A DNA stretch of 64,000 nucleotides from an uncultured Candidatus Saccharibacteria bacterium (GCA_964505635.1 CAZDIP010000001.1:116386-180385), one strand, 5' to 3'. Counted from the first letter of the stretch, positions 10,195 to 20,792 are shown. Program-made: numbers and translations. Notes: generated from the letters alone by a model not told the origin.

Positions 10195-12059
10195 CTATGA
10201 AAATTACAGCCCAAGATTTACGAACTAAATACTTAGAATTTTTTAAATCCAAAGGCCACAGTGTTATTCCTTCGGCCTCTTTGGTGCCGGAAGGGGACTC
10301 TTCCGTGCTGTTTACAACCGCAGGCATGCACCCGTTAGTGCCTTATTTGCTTGGCCAGGAACACCCGAACGGAAAACGACTGGCGAATGTTCAAAAATGC
10401 ATTCGCACCGGCGATATAGAAGAAGTAGGCGACTTAACTCACCTTACCTTTTTTGAAATGTGCGGTAATTGGAGTCTTGGCGATTATTTTAAAAAAGAAG
10501 CCATTACCTGGAGTTTTGAGTTTTTAACTGATCCCAAATGGCTCGGGCTGTCTTTAGACAGACTTGCTTTTACCTGCTTTGCCGGCGACGAAGACGCGCC
10601 CCGCGATACCGAAAGCGCGGAGATTTGGAAGTCTTTGGGCGTGCCAGAAAATCGCATTAGCTTTTTGCCCAAAGAAAAAAATTGGTGGATTGCGGGCGAT
10701 ACGGGCCCTTGCGGGCCTGACACGGAAATGCATTATTGGATAGACGACGGAAGACCAGTGCCTGAAAAATATGATGTCAACGAGCCAAGATGGGTGGAAA
10801 TCTGGAACGACGTCTTTATGCAGTTTGAAAAATTACCTGACGGGAAGCTGATAGCTTTAAAAAAACCCAACGTTGACACAGGTCTTGGCCTGGAAAGGGT
10901 TTTAACTGTTTTAAATGGCAGTAATTCGGTTTATGACACAGAGCTGTTTAAGCCCATGTGGGAGGTTTTGGCTTTAGACCAGAAAATAATGACCAATGAC
11001 GAGGTAAAAAAAGCCAGGATAATTTTAGACCACATTCGCGCAAGCGTATTTATAGTCAGCGACGGAGTAGAACCTTCCAACAAAGACCGAGGTTATGTTT
11101 TACGCAAACTTTTAAGAAGGGCTATGGTTATGGGCAGACTTTTAAACTTAAAACACCATTGGCTGGAAGCGCTGATTGGCAAGGTTGTTAGCAGTTACGC
11201 AAGCAACTATCCCGAACTTGTTGAAAAATCTTCAAAAACATATGAGGTGATTTTGGCAGAGCAAAAAAAGTTTGAAATTGCTTTGGAAAAAGGCTTTAAG
11301 GTCTCGGCGAACATGCTGTCAAAAATTGAAAAAGAGCTAAAACCCATGGCGCGGAGGTTAAAACCAGATGGATCTATATGGGACATGGATGAAGAAATTG
11401 TTAATAGATTGGAGAATAATTTAGCTTTTAATTGGTATCAAACGTACTCGGTTCCTCTTGAGTTCATTATTGAAATAGCGAAAGTTAGAGGATTGCCAAT
11501 TAATGAGGAAGTTTTGACTCAAAAATTTTATGAACAATTAAAACAACACCAGGAACTTTCTAGAACCTCATCTGCCGGGCAGTTTAAAGGCGGACTTGCT
11601 TCGCATAGTGAAAAAATAGTCAGGCTGCACACCGCAACCCACCTTTTAAACGCGGCATTGCGGCAGGTGTTAGGCGAAAATGTATGGCAAAAAGGCAGTA
11701 ATATTACCGAGGAAAGAACCAGGTTTGACTTTACCCACGACAAAAAAATGACACCTGAAGAAATAGCAGCGGTGGAAGTTTTAGTCAATGACTGGATTAC
11801 CCGCGACTTAAAAGTAAAGCGCGAAACAATGCCCTTAGAAGAAGCTAGGAAATTAGGCGCCATAGGCGTGTTCGGAGAAAAATATGCCGACACAGTGTCT
11901 ATATATACAGTCTATGATCCAACCAACGATGAAGTTATCTCCAGAGAATTTTGTGGCGGCCCGCACGTTGAGCATACCGGCGTTATTGGCCAATTTAAAA
12001 TACAAAAAGAAGAAGCAAGCAGCGCCGGGGTTAGAAGAATAAAAGCTCTTATTATATGA
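10195..12059 (+). CDS. alaS: alanine--tRNA ligase, short form ending after the editing domain
   Basis: Class II AlaRS N-terminus MKITAQDLRTKYLEFF, TTAGMHP, FFEMCGNWSLGDYFK. Editing-domain HTATHLLNAAL and CGGPHVEHTG. It stops after the editing domain with no C-Ala domain, about 621 aa. The ATG at 10195 is preferred over the track TTG at 10179. Confidence 0.8.
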
Positions 12060-12445
12060 GCGATTTGGGTAAATTTTTAGACTACGATCAACCCTCATAT
12101 TCTGATATGCCGTTTGGAGAAAAATCAGAAAAAAATCCGATTCCATTTTTATTTCAGAATTTTGTAAACGTTACTATTTTATTTAGTAATAATCATTTCG
12201 AAAAAAATCATTTGGCTCAAGTAAACCCTGATGAAGTTAAAATTTTTTATTCTAGATTGATGGACGTATTAAATAAAGCAGAAGATATGATGAAAAAAGG
12301 AAGCCTTGTTCAAACACAGCAAGCGAACATTAATTCTCTTCAAAAATTTAAAGAATTTTTGCAAGCAACAAGCAAGGAAATAGAGTTTAATTTAAATACT
12401 ATCAATAAAATTTTAAAGGAATTTAGAAGAACTTTTAGGCCTTAA
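12056..12445 (+). CDS. hypothetical protein
   Basis: ORF only. It overlaps the alaS stop by 4 nt (ATGA). Confidence 0.3.
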   Translation: MSDLGKFLDYDQPSYSDMPFGEKSEKNPIPFLFQNFVNVTILFSNNHFEKNHLAQVNPDEVKIFYSRLMDVLNKAEDMMKKGSLVQTQQANINSLQKFKEFLQATSKEIEFNLNTINKILKEFRRTFRP

Positions 12446-12450
12446 ATTTA

Positions 12451-13620
12451 ATGAACCTAGAATTTTACAATTGTCCCAAGCCGGAAGAGTTTGACAAAAA
12501 GCTTTTGCCGAAAGAAAAACCTTTGTTTGTAAATTACCAACCGGATTTCGGTTTGCTAAAAAAACTCACGGAAGAATATAAAAACTTTGAAAATATTTTA
12601 ATCGTGGCCCACGGCGGCAGCATAAACCCCCTATTGGGTATTTACAACGCTTTATATTATCAAAGCCAAAAAAAAGTTTATTTTTTAAACACTGTTGACC
12701 CTGACTATATACATAAGCTTAAAACGGAATTAAACCCAAATAATACTTTGGTTGTTTCTATAAGCAAGTCCGGTGAAACCGTGACCCAACTGGAAGAAAC
12801 TTTTGCTTTTGCTAAATATCCAATCTTAGTAGTGACTGGTAAAGCGAGCCCTTTAAGAGCCATGGCAGACAAGATGAAGTGGGCGGTCATTACACATCCT
12901 CCCATTGGAGGACGTTATACTGCTTTAACAGAAGTTAATTTGCTCGGGGCAGCGCTGGCCGGCTTGGATGTAGAAGGTTTATACCAAGGCGGACAAGAAT
13001 TTTACAACCTTTACGAAAAAGAAAATTTGGCCTGGAAAGCGGCTTCGGTTTTTTATCAGCTAGAGCAAAAAGGCTACGCGGATGTGCTAATGCTTTTTTA
13101 TTCGCATTTTTTATTTCCTTCAAGTTTTGGCATAGTACAGTTATGCCACGAAAGTTTTGGAAAAAACGGCAAAGGCCAGAGTTATTTTGCGCACGAAGGT
13201 CCGGAGGTCCAGCATCATACTATGCAAAGGTACTACGGCGGGCAAAAAAATATTGCCGGCTTATTTGTTACAGCGGATAATTTTATAAATTCCCAAGTAA
13301 CTAATTATCCGCCTCAGGCACACAGTACGCAAATTAAGGGCCATCATTTGGCAGACATAGATAAAATTCCTTTAAAGTATGCTATTTTGGCTGAAGCTTC
13401 GGCAAGCATCGAGGATTCAAGAATTAGGGGAATACCGTGTGTCCATATGTCTCTGGATAATTTTTCAGCTCAAGAAATTGGAAAATTTAACGCTTTTTGG
13501 CAATTGTTCGCGGTTTATTCTTCGCTTTTAAGGCAAGTAGACCCGTTTGACCAGCCTGAAGTGGAAAACAGCAAAAAAATTAGTTTTAGTAAAAGATTAC
13601 AGTATAAAGGTTTATTGTAA
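12451..13620 (+). CDS. pgi: glucose-6-phosphate isomerase (short SIS-domain type)
   Basis: SISKSGETVTQLEE (SKSGxTxE) and IGGRYTALTEVNLLGAALAG (GGRYS..SAVG-like). Confidence 0.65.
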   Translation: MNLEFYNCPKPEEFDKKLLPKEKPLFVNYQPDFGLLKKLTEEYKNFENILIVAHGGSINPLLGIYNALYYQSQKKVYFLNTVDPDYIHKLKTELNPNNTLVVSISKSGETVTQLEETFAFAKYPILVVTGKASPLRAMADKMKWAVITHPPIGGRYTALTEVNLLGAALAGLDVEGLYQGGQEFYNLYEKENLAWKAASVFYQLEQKGYADVLMLFYSHFLFPSSFGIVQLCHESFGKNGKGQSYFAHEGPEVQHHTMQRYYGGQKNIAGLFVTADNFINSQVTNYPPQAHSTQIKGHHLADIDKIPLKYAILAEASASIEDSRIRGIPCVHMSLDNFSAQEIGKFNAFWQLFAVYSSLLRQVDPFDQPEVENSKKISFSKRLQYKGLL

Positions 13621-13621
13621 C

Positions 13622-13650
13622 TTGGTATTTCCCCAAATTTCCTGTATAAT
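13622..13650 (+). promoter_or_regulatory. sigma-70-like promoter TTGGTA-N17-TATAAT
   Basis: Read directly at 13622..13627 and 13645..13650, upstream of the ATG at 13668. Confidence 0.5.
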
Positions 13651-13667
13651 AAAGGCAAATTTACAAC

Positions 13668-15314
13668 ATGACCCCTTCTATTTATATAAATTTAGAAGAT
13701 GATGTAGCAAAAGTTGTAGCCAGGATTAAAAGAGAAAAAAACCCTAGCTTAATTTTGGTTTGTCCAAAACGCTGTTTTTTATTTAACGACAGTATCAATT
13801 TAAGATTGTTAAAAAAACAAACAGAGTTACTAAACAAAGAGGTTTTTATTTTAACCATGGACGAACGGGGCCAGATATACGCAAAAGAAGCGGGTTTTGG
13901 TTTGAAATTTTTGCCTCAGAATAAAAAAGCAGCAGGTTTTACGGATATTCAAAGATCTGTAAAACCCTTAGCTGCCACTATTCAACCAGCCGATAAAAAC
14001 ACAAAAAACGGCCAAAAAAAAGAATCTCAGGCCAACAAACTTACTAAAGGAGGCTTTGCGGCGGCCGAGCCCATAAAAACTCAAGCCAAAGATTTAATTT
14101 TTTCAAAAGAGATAGAAACAACCTATGAGGCAAGAAAGAGAAAAATTTCAAATCAAAGAAAAGTTTTTTTTCTTCTTGGTGCTTGTCTTATTACCGCAGC
14201 TGTTTTAATTATCCTGGTTTTACCTAAGGCCGTACTAACAGTTACAGCAAAGTCAGAACCTATCTCCAGGGAATTATCTATCGGCATTTCTGTAACTAAC
14301 GAGTCTGTGGATGTGGCAAGGTTGTCTATGCCGGCAGTTAAAATTTCCGAGAAACTTCAGGTCAGTAGAAAGTTTACAGCCCAAGGTAAAAAAGAAATTG
14401 GCAATAAGGCATCAGGTTTAGTAAGAATATATAATTTTACTAAGCAACCACTAAATTTGAAAGAATCGACAACCAGCTTAATTTTAGGGAACAGAACCTA
14501 TAAATTAGTTAAAGATGCGATGGCCGTCAAGCCTACTATATACAAAAATCAGATTACCAAAGAAGTTGATGAAAGCAGTCTGGACGCGGTTTTTGAAATT
14601 ATTGCCACTGAAGGAGGAGAGTCTTACAATATACCCAGCGGCACAAGAATAGAGGTTACTAACCAGGTTTTCGGCAGCAGGCCTCAATTTTTATATGCAA
14701 AAACTGAAACCCCAATAATAGGAGGAACTTCCCGGTATTTATCTGTTTTGTCTCAGCTGGATTTGGACTTTGCCAGAAATGAACTTGGAAATGATTTAAT
14801 TACAAGACTAAATGAGAATTTAAAATCCAGAGATTTGAGCGTAGTGGAGAAAGCTTATTCTCTTGAAAATATTGAATTTATAACCGACAAGCAGATAGGT
14901 TCGGAAACCCCAAGTTTTACAGCCAATTTAACCGCGGATGTTACAGCGCTAGCTTTTAATTTAAATCAAATGAATGAGTTGGTTTTTGAAAGGGTAAAAC
15001 AAACCGTGCCTGAAAATAAAAAGGTTTTAGGAGGTTTAAGTCAAAACCTTTCTTATAGGCTTAAATCGGTTGACTTGCCAGCAGCTTCGGGGGTTATATT
15101 GGCAAATTATTCCTCCGTCATGGTTTATGAACTTGATTTGTCAGGCTTGAAAGAAAAATTGACCGGAAAAAGCAGGTCCAAGGTTCAGGAAATATTGCTA
15201 TCACGGCCCGAGGTTGAGGCTGTTGAAATGATTTTGGCGCCTTCTTGGCAAAACTCCTTTCCTTTATTAAAGAGCAGAATCGAGATAAAAGAAGAAAATT
15301 TGGAAAAAAATTGA
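13668..15314 (+). CDS. hypothetical membrane-anchored protein (single TM, large C-terminal domain)
   Basis: ORF with one TM segment (VFFLLGACLITAAVLIILVL) about 160 aa in. No recognisable motif. Confidence 0.4.
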   Translation: MTPSIYINLEDDVAKVVARIKREKNPSLILVCPKRCFLFNDSINLRLLKKQTELLNKEVFILTMDERGQIYAKEAGFGLKFLPQNKKAAGFTDIQRSVKPLAATIQPADKNTKNGQKKESQANKLTKGGFAAAEPIKTQAKDLIFSKEIETTYEARKRKISNQRKVFFLLGACLITAAVLIILVLPKAVLTVTAKSEPISRELSIGISVTNESVDVARLSMPAVKISEKLQVSRKFTAQGKKEIGNKASGLVRIYNFTKQPLNLKESTTSLILGNRTYKLVKDAMAVKPTIYKNQITKEVDESSLDAVFEIIATEGGESYNIPSGTRIEVTNQVFGSRPQFLYAKTETPIIGGTSRYLSVLSQLDLDFARNELGNDLITRLNENLKSRDLSVVEKAYSLENIEFITDKQIGSETPSFTANLTADVTALAFNLNQMNELVFERVKQTVPENKKVLGGLSQNLSYRLKSVDLPAASGVILANYSSVMVYELDLSGLKEKLTGKSRSKVQEILLSRPEVEAVEMILAPSWQNSFPLLKSRIEIKEENLEKN

Positions 15315-15379
15315 GTATTAACAAGAGTTAAATAATTTTTTCCTCATTTTTAAGCCAGAAAAATCAACGCAAGTTTGTG

Positions 15380-15407
15380 TTGACAAATTTATTATTTGTG
15401 TTAGAAT
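15380..15407 (+). promoter_or_regulatory. sigma-70-like promoter TTGACA-N16-TAGAAT heading the infA-ribosomal protein operon
   Basis: Read directly: TTGACA 15380..15385, TAGAAT 15402..15407. Confidence 0.5.
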
Positions 15408-15424
15408 TAGCTAGATAATTTATT

Positions 15425-15694
15425 TTGGGTAATAATATTTATACAAGCAATCACGACTTGGGTCAGACAAGCTCAGGAAAAAATAAAGATGTAATCGAAT
15501 TAGAGGGCAAAGTAATAGAAAGTTTGCCTAATGCTGTTTTTCGCGTCCAATTGGATTCTGGTCAGGTAGTTTTGGGTCATTTATCAGGCAAAATGAGGGT
15601 TAATATGATTCGTGTTTTAACTGGCGATAGAGTAATAATAGAAATGACCCCGTACGATTTAACAAAGGGCAGGATTACCCGCCGAATGAGGTAG
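15425..15694 (+). CDS. infA: translation initiation factor IF-1
   Basis: [60 protein letters not shown]. The start is a non-ATG codon: TTG at 15425, or an in-frame TTG further downstream. Confidence 0.8.
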   Translation: MGNNIYTSNHDLGQTSSGKNKDVIELEGKVIESLPNAVFRVQLDSGQVVLGHLSGKMRVNMIRVLTGDRVIIEMTPYDLTKGRITRRMR

Positions 15695-15719
15695 TTTATT
15701 AATTTTAAATCTTATACGT

Positions 15720-15833
15720 ATGAAAGTTAGAGCCAGCGTAAAAATAATGTGCAAAAAATGCAAAGTTGTTAAGAGATTTGGGCGAATTTATATTATTTGT
15801 GAGAATCCCAAGCATAAGCAGCGACAGGGCTAA
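15720..15833 (+). CDS. rpmJ: 50S ribosomal protein L36
   Basis: Not in the ORF track (37 aa). Translates to [37 protein letters not shown], with canonical position between infA and rpsM. Confidence 0.85.
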   Translation: MKVRASVKIMCKKCKVVKRFGRIYIICENPKHKQRQG

Positions 15834-15890
15834 TTTAATTATTTAATAAAATCAGCTGGTGCTTTATTTTAAGTTCCACTGCGAAAACAT

Positions 15891-16280
15891 ATGGCTAGAA
15901 TTGCAGGTATCAATATACCGAATGAAAAAAGAATAGAGGCCGCATTACCGTATATTTATGGAGTGGGTTTAACACTTTCAAAAAAAATTTTAGCGGCTAC
16001 CTCAATTAATCCAAATACCCGTACCAAAGATTTGTCTGAGGCAGAACTAAACCGGATAAGGGATTATATAGAAAGAAATTTTAAAGTTGAAGGTGAGTTG
16101 AGGCAGCAGGTGCTTTTGAATATCAAGCGAATGAAGGAAATTCAAAGCTACCGGGGAATCCGACACATACGCGGATTGCCAGTGCGAGGTCAGAGAACTA
16201 AAACCAACTCAAGAACAAGAAGAGGTAACGTAAGAAAAACAGCGGGTTCGGGTCGTAAGGCCGCCGCAGAAAAGACCTAA
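15891..16280 (+). CDS. rpsM: 30S ribosomal protein S13
   Basis: [26 protein letters not shown]. Confidence 0.9.
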   Translation: MARIAGINIPNEKRIEAALPYIYGVGLTLSKKILAATSINPNTRTKDLSEAELNRIRDYIERNFKVEGELRQQVLLNIKRMKEIQSYRGIRHIRGLPVRGQRTKTNSRTRRGNVRKTAGSGRKAAAEKT

Positions 16281-16298
16281 ACATAACTAACTATTTTC

Positions 16299-16760
16299 AT
16301 GTCTGAAGAAATAACACAGCAAACAAGTACAGATGTAGTAACCGCGGAAAATTCGGCGGTTTCATCTGTTGCGCCAAAAATAAAGGGATCAAAGAAAAAG
16401 AAGACTAAAGTAAAAATTTCCAAAGGTAAAATTTTCGTAAACTCAACGTACAATAATACCATTATTTCAGTTACAGACACAGCAGGTAATGTATTGATCT
16501 GGGGAAGCGCCGGCAAAATTGGTTTTAAGGGCTCAAAAAAATCTACCCCTTATGCCGGACAAAGAACCATGGAAGATGTTTTATTGAGATTGAAAGAAAG
16601 AGGCTTAACAGAGGTTGATGTTTTTATAAAAGGTATTGGTTCAGGCAGGGAGTCTGCCATCAGAGCTTTGCAGGGGTCAGGTCTGAACGTTATTAGTATA
16701 AAAGATCAAACACCTATCCCTCACGGCGGAGTCAGGCCAAAAAAACCGAGACGGGTTTAG
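16299..16760 (+). CDS. rpsK: 30S ribosomal protein S11 with Lys-rich N-terminal extension
   Basis: KIFVNSTYNNTIISVTDTAGNVLIWGSAGKIGFKGSKKSTPYAGQ. Confidence 0.9.
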   Translation: MSEEITQQTSTDVVTAENSAVSSVAPKIKGSKKKKTKVKISKGKIFVNSTYNNTIISVTDTAGNVLIWGSAGKIGFKGSKKSTPYAGQRTMEDVLLRLKERGLTEVDVFIKGIGSGRESAIRALQGSGLNVISIKDQTPIPHGGVRPKKPRRV

Positions 16761-16853
16761 TGAGCTGCAAATTTCAAGGTATCAGGTTGGAAGTTTATAG
16801 AAAGCAATTAAATGACTTGATAACCTTATAACTTTTAACTTGATAATTTATTT

Positions 16854-17462
16854 ATGAGATATACGGGACCAAAAGCGAAAAAAGCAAGAAGATTAGGCTT
16901 GGCTTTTACACCTAAGGAAGCTAGGGTTTTGCAAAAAAGAGCGTATGCACCTGGTCAACACGGTAAAAACCGCGCTAGGCTTTCCGAATACGGTATGCAG
17001 TTAAAGGAAAAGCAAAAAGCAAAATTTGCATACGGAATTTTGGAAAAACAATTTTCTAACTATTTTCAAAAAGCACTAAAACAACCCGGCGTTACTGGCG
17101 ATAATTTACTTAGATTGCTGGAATCTAGGTTAGATAACATTATTTTCAGGTTAGGATTTTCGGAAACTCGGGCTCAGGCCAGACAGATGGTCAATCATGG
17201 GTTTTTTGAAGTAAACGGAAAGAAAGTTGATATACCCTCTTTTTTGGTTAAAGTCGGGGATGTGGTTGCTTTAAGGCAATCTAAGTTAAAATCTAAATTA
17301 GCTGAAAAGCTTAAAGAAAAACTTAAATCTTACAAAAGCGCAGAGTGGTTAGAGTTAAGTTCAGCTAAATTTTCAGGCCGGGTTTTAAGCACACCTGAGC
17401 CAGAAGACATGAAAAACTTAATTAATACTCAACTGATTGTTGAGCATTATAGCCGTACTTAA
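16854..17462 (+). CDS. rpsD: 30S ribosomal protein S4
   Basis: MRYTGPKAKKARRLG and S4 domain. Confidence 0.9.
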   Translation: MRYTGPKAKKARRLGLAFTPKEARVLQKRAYAPGQHGKNRARLSEYGMQLKEKQKAKFAYGILEKQFSNYFQKALKQPGVTGDNLLRLLESRLDNIIFRLGFSETRAQARQMVNHGFFEVNGKKVDIPSFLVKVGDVVALRQSKLKSKLAEKLKEKLKSYKSAEWLELSSAKFSGRVLSTPEPEDMKNLINTQLIVEHYSRT

Positions 17463-17551
17463 AACAAGCTAATAAATAAACTACTTATAACCGATAACCT
17501 AAAGAGGGAGTTATTGGTTATCAATTATCTGTTATAAGTTTTGGAGACAAT

Positions 17552-18490
17552 ATGGAAGCCCTACCCTTGCCCAATCGGGCAAAAGTTAAAGACCTAGGCA
17601 ATAACAAATACAGCCTCACTTTGGAACCCTTATACCCCGGATACGGTGTTACTATTGGTAATGCCATGAGAAGGGTATTGCTTTCATCTATGCCGGGAGC
17701 CGCTGTTACCGCGGTAAAAATAAAATTTGTCGACCACGAATTTTCGACTGTCCCTAATATAAAGGAAGATGTTATTCAAATTATCTTAAATTTAAAACAA
17801 CTTAGAATTAAAAGTTTTAGCTCTGAACCTATTCGTTTGTCAATTAAAGTAAAAGGAGAAAGGGTAGTTACGGCTGCTGATATTAAAACCACCGACCAGG
17901 TTCAAATAATTAACACAAACTTGCCAATTGCGACCATAGACAATAAAAATGGGGAGTTTGAGGCGGATTTAGTGGTCGAACAGGGAAGAGGTTATTTACC
18001 GGTTGAAGCTAGGGAAAACCAGAAGCTGGAAATTGGAATGATTGCTGTAGATGCAATATTTACCCCTATAAAATCAGTTCATTACGAAGTTTCCAATGTT
18101 AGAGTTGGACAGCTGACCAACTTTGATAAGCTGGAAATTATTATGGAGACAGACGGAAGTCTTACGGGCAATGAAGCCGCAGACATCTCGGCTCATATAT
18201 TGGTTGACCATTTTAGTATGTTGTTTGGCGAGGATTTTTCGCAGGAGAATACCGTTGTTACATCACAGGAAATTCCGGTTACGGCTGAAGATATGGCTTC
18301 AGAGAACCCTGTGGAAGCAAATGAAATTAATGACTCAACTTTGTCAACAAGGGCGAAGAATGCGCTGGTCAAAAGTGGAATCACCACAATGAGTGCCTTA
18401 GAAGCTTTATCTAATGAAGAAATATCAGCCCTTCAAGGATTAGGCGAGAAGACAATAAATGAAATTTTTGAGTTTTTAAAAAGACAGTAA
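17552..18490 (+). CDS. rpoA: DNA-directed RNA polymerase subunit alpha
   Basis: Alpha N-terminal domain (LEPLYPGYGVTIGNAMRRVLLSS) and C-terminal domain. Confidence 0.9.
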   Translation: MEALPLPNRAKVKDLGNNKYSLTLEPLYPGYGVTIGNAMRRVLLSSMPGAAVTAVKIKFVDHEFSTVPNIKEDVIQIILNLKQLRIKSFSSEPIRLSIKVKGERVVTAADIKTTDQVQIINTNLPIATIDNKNGEFEADLVVEQGRGYLPVEARENQKLEIGMIAVDAIFTPIKSVHYEVSNVRVGQLTNFDKLEIIMETDGSLTGNEAADISAHILVDHFSMLFGEDFSQENTVVTSQEIPVTAEDMASENPVEANEINDSTLSTRAKNALVKSGITTMSALEALSNEEISALQGLGEKTINEIFEFLKRQ

Positions 18491-18535
18491 TAAAAATCTT
18501 TTCCGCACAAAGTTTGTATATAAAGGAATTCAATC

Positions 18536-18880
18536 ATGCGACATTTAAAGAAGAAAAAATTTGGTAAGGGAAACGATCATAGAAGGAAGTTATTAAGAAC
18601 TTTGGCCTCCTCCCTGTTTTTGTATGAAAAAATTCAGACCACTTATGCTAATGCCAAAGCAGTAAAATCATACGCGGAAAAACTAATTACTAAAGCCAAA
18701 ATAAATACATTGCATAGTCGCAGGCAGCTTTTGGCTTTACTTTCACCCATGGCAGCCAAAAAAGCGATTGAGGTTATAGGCATGAAATATAAGGATAGAA
18801 AAGGCGGATACACCCGATTGACTAAACTAAATAATCCAAAAGCGGGGCAATCTAAAGCCGTGGTGGAATTAGTAGAGTAA
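18536..18880 (+). CDS. rplQ: 50S ribosomal protein L17
   Basis: MRHLKKKKFGKGNDHRRKLLRTLASSLF. Confidence 0.9.
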   Translation: MRHLKKKKFGKGNDHRRKLLRTLASSLFLYEKIQTTYANAKAVKSYAEKLITKAKINTLHSRRQLLALLSPMAAKKAIEVIGMKYKDRKGGYTRLTKLNNPKAGQSKAVVELVE

Positions 18881-18898
18881 TATATTCATTTTTATTAT

Positions 18899-19324
18899 AT
18901 GAAGTCACAAAAAAGTTCATTATCAAAATTAGTTGACAGAAAGTGGTTTGAAATAGACGCTTCCAAAATCTCAATGGGCAGAGTGGCTAGCTTAATAGCC
19001 AATTTGCTTAGAGGCAAAGGAAAAAGGTTTTTTACACCCCATTCTGACATGGGTGATTTTGTGGTTGCAATAAATTGCGAGAAATTGAAATTTTCAGGGA
19101 GGAAGGTCGCGCAAAAAAAATATTTTAGGCATTCAGGCTATTTAGGAGGCTTAAAAATTTCAACTTTAAAAACTGAACTAGACAAACACCCCGAACAGGT
19201 TTTAAAAAGGGCGGTTTATAGTATGCTGGATGAAGTGAAATTCAGAAAAACAATGATTGCCCGGCTAAAATTGGTCAGGGGAGAAAGTCATTCATTTAAG
19301 GTAGATAAGAAAATTATTATATAA
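18899..19324 (+). CDS. rplM: 50S ribosomal protein L13
   Basis: KWFEIDASKISMGRVASLIANLLRGKGK. Confidence 0.9.
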   Translation: MKSQKSSLSKLVDRKWFEIDASKISMGRVASLIANLLRGKGKRFFTPHSDMGDFVVAINCEKLKFSGRKVAQKKYFRHSGYLGGLKISTLKTELDKHPEQVLKRAVYSMLDEVKFRKTMIARLKLVRGESHSFKVDKKIII

Positions 19325-19360
19325 CCCTTTTATGGGTATGTATAGGGCTAATTTCTATAT

Positions 19361-19903
19361 ATGGTAAAAGAACCTACAACTAAAGCGCCAACTAAAGCAA
19401 CAAAAAAACCTAAAAGTCCGACAGTGGCTAAAAAGAGAAGTTCTGAGCCTGGTAGCCATCAGTCAACATCTCAGTCGGTTCATCATAAAATATCCGAAAA
19501 GCCTCCTGTAACTAAAGGCAAGTACATTTTTGCTACTGGTCGGCGCAAAACGGCCATAGCTAATGTGCGATTGTTTTCTGGGCAGTCCGAGAGTCTTGTG
19601 AATAAAATTCCTTTTAAACAGTATTTTGGATATATTTTTCACCAGCACGAAATTTTAAAGCCCTTTGAGCTGACAGGCTTAAAAGGGGATTATTATTTTG
19701 TTGCGAATTTAAATGGTGGAGGCCAGCATGCTCAGGCAGGAGCCCTAAGTCACGGTATTTCTACAGCTTTGGGTAAAATTTCTGAAGAAGTTAGAAAAGT
19801 TTTAAAGAAAAATGGGCTATTAACCCGGGATGATAGAAAGAAAGAAAGAAAGAAACCAGGTCTAAAGCGGGCCCGCAGAAGTCCGCAGTGGGCAAAAAGA
19901 TAG
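19361..19903 (+). CDS. rpsI: 30S ribosomal protein S9 with about 50-aa Lys/Ser/Thr-rich N-terminal extension
   Basis: GRRKTAIANVRLFSG ... GGGQHAQAGALSHGISTAL ... RRSPQWAKR (canonical S9 C-terminus). Confidence 0.9.
   Translation: MVKEPTTKAPTKATKKPKSPTVAKKRSSEPGSHQSTSQSVHHKISEKPPVTKGKYIFATGRRKTAIANVRLFSGQSESLVNKIPFKQYFGYIFHQHEILKPFELTGLKGDYYFVANLNGGGQHAQAGALSHGISTALGKISEEVRKVLKKNGLLTRDDRKKERKKPGLKRARRSPQWAKR
19835..19855 (+). repeat. (AGAA)5 tetranucleotide microsatellite inside rpsI 3' end
   Basis: Read directly. Encodes the RKKERKK segment. Confidence 0.7.
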
Positions 19904-19915
19904 TGTTAAAAATAT

Positions 19916-19948
19916 AAAAACACCTCCAATGTTCGGGGGTGTTTTTAT
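19916..19948 (+). terminator. rho-independent terminator after rpsI
   Basis: AACACCTCC / GGGGGTGTT stem (9 bp with one GU) followed by TTTTT. Confidence 0.5.
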
Positions 19949-20012
19949 ATCCACGTTACTTTTTTGAATTTTTGTCGTATAATTAAGTAAAATAATTAAA
20001 ATAATATATTTT

Positions 20013-20783
20013 ATGAACGAAGTGTTACCCAAATGGCTTGTTTCAGCCTTAGGCAGCCTTTTAATAGTTTTTGTCGCGCTATTAATAGCAGGTAAAGCCA
20101 AAGATTTAAGCGATACTTACAGTAACAAAAACCCGAAGAACACCATGAGCGTTTCAGCTGAAGGTAAAGTTTCCGCAACCCCCGATCTCGCAACTGTTAC
20201 TTTAGGTGTGGTTTCTCAAGGTAAAAACGCAGCTGAAGTTCAGGATCAAAACAGCTCAAAAATTAATAAGATAATTGATTTTGTTAAACAGCAAGGGATA
20301 ACCAAAGACGATATCTCCACTTCACAATTCAATATTTATCCTCGCTACGACTATGTCAGCGGAAAAAACGAAATTAACGGTTATGAGGCAAGGCAGACTA
20401 TTACAATTAAAGTTCGTGGAATAAATCAAGGCACTGAAAAACTTGGAAAAGTAATAGACGGTGCAACTAACAACGGCGCGAATGAGGTTAGCGGAGTGTC
20501 GTTAAGTTTCGAAGATCCTGATAATTTAAGGCAAACGGCAAGACAGAAAGCAATAGAAAAGGCCAAAGAAAAAGCTGAAGAACTGGCGAAATCCGCGGGT
20601 ATTAGACTCGGTAAAGTTGTAAGTGTTTCCGAAAGCAGCGGATACGGCTATCCTGTTCCTATGTACGCTGAAGGTATGGGTGGCGGTTTCGCTTTAGACT
20701 CCGTAAAATCAGCCTCTCCAAATATTGAGCCCGGTAGCCAGGATATTATTGCTCAAATGACAGTGGTATTTGAGGTTAAATAA
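20013..20783 (+). CDS. SIMPL-domain (DUF541) periplasmic protein
   Basis: N-terminal TM. The SIMPL-like pattern is not verified by search. Confidence 0.55.
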   Translation: MNEVLPKWLVSALGSLLIVFVALLIAGKAKDLSDTYSNKNPKNTMSVSAEGKVSATPDLATVTLGVVSQGKNAAEVQDQNSSKINKIIDFVKQQGITKDDISTSQFNIYPRYDYVSGKNEINGYEARQTITIKVRGINQGTEKLGKVIDGATNNGANEVSGVSLSFEDPDNLRQTARQKAIEKAKEKAEELAKSAGIRLGKVVSVSESSGYGYPVPMYAEGMGGGFALDSVKSASPNIEPGSQDIIAQMTVVFEVK

Positions 20784-20792
20784 ATCAGCAAC

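Noticed and set aside
17483-17540. Long imperfect hairpin (AACCGATAACC ... GGTTATTGGTT) in the rpsD-rpoA spacer
   Set aside because: It could be an attenuator or processing site, but it is AT-rich with a wobble and a mismatch and is not followed by a U-tract. It is too speculative to call.
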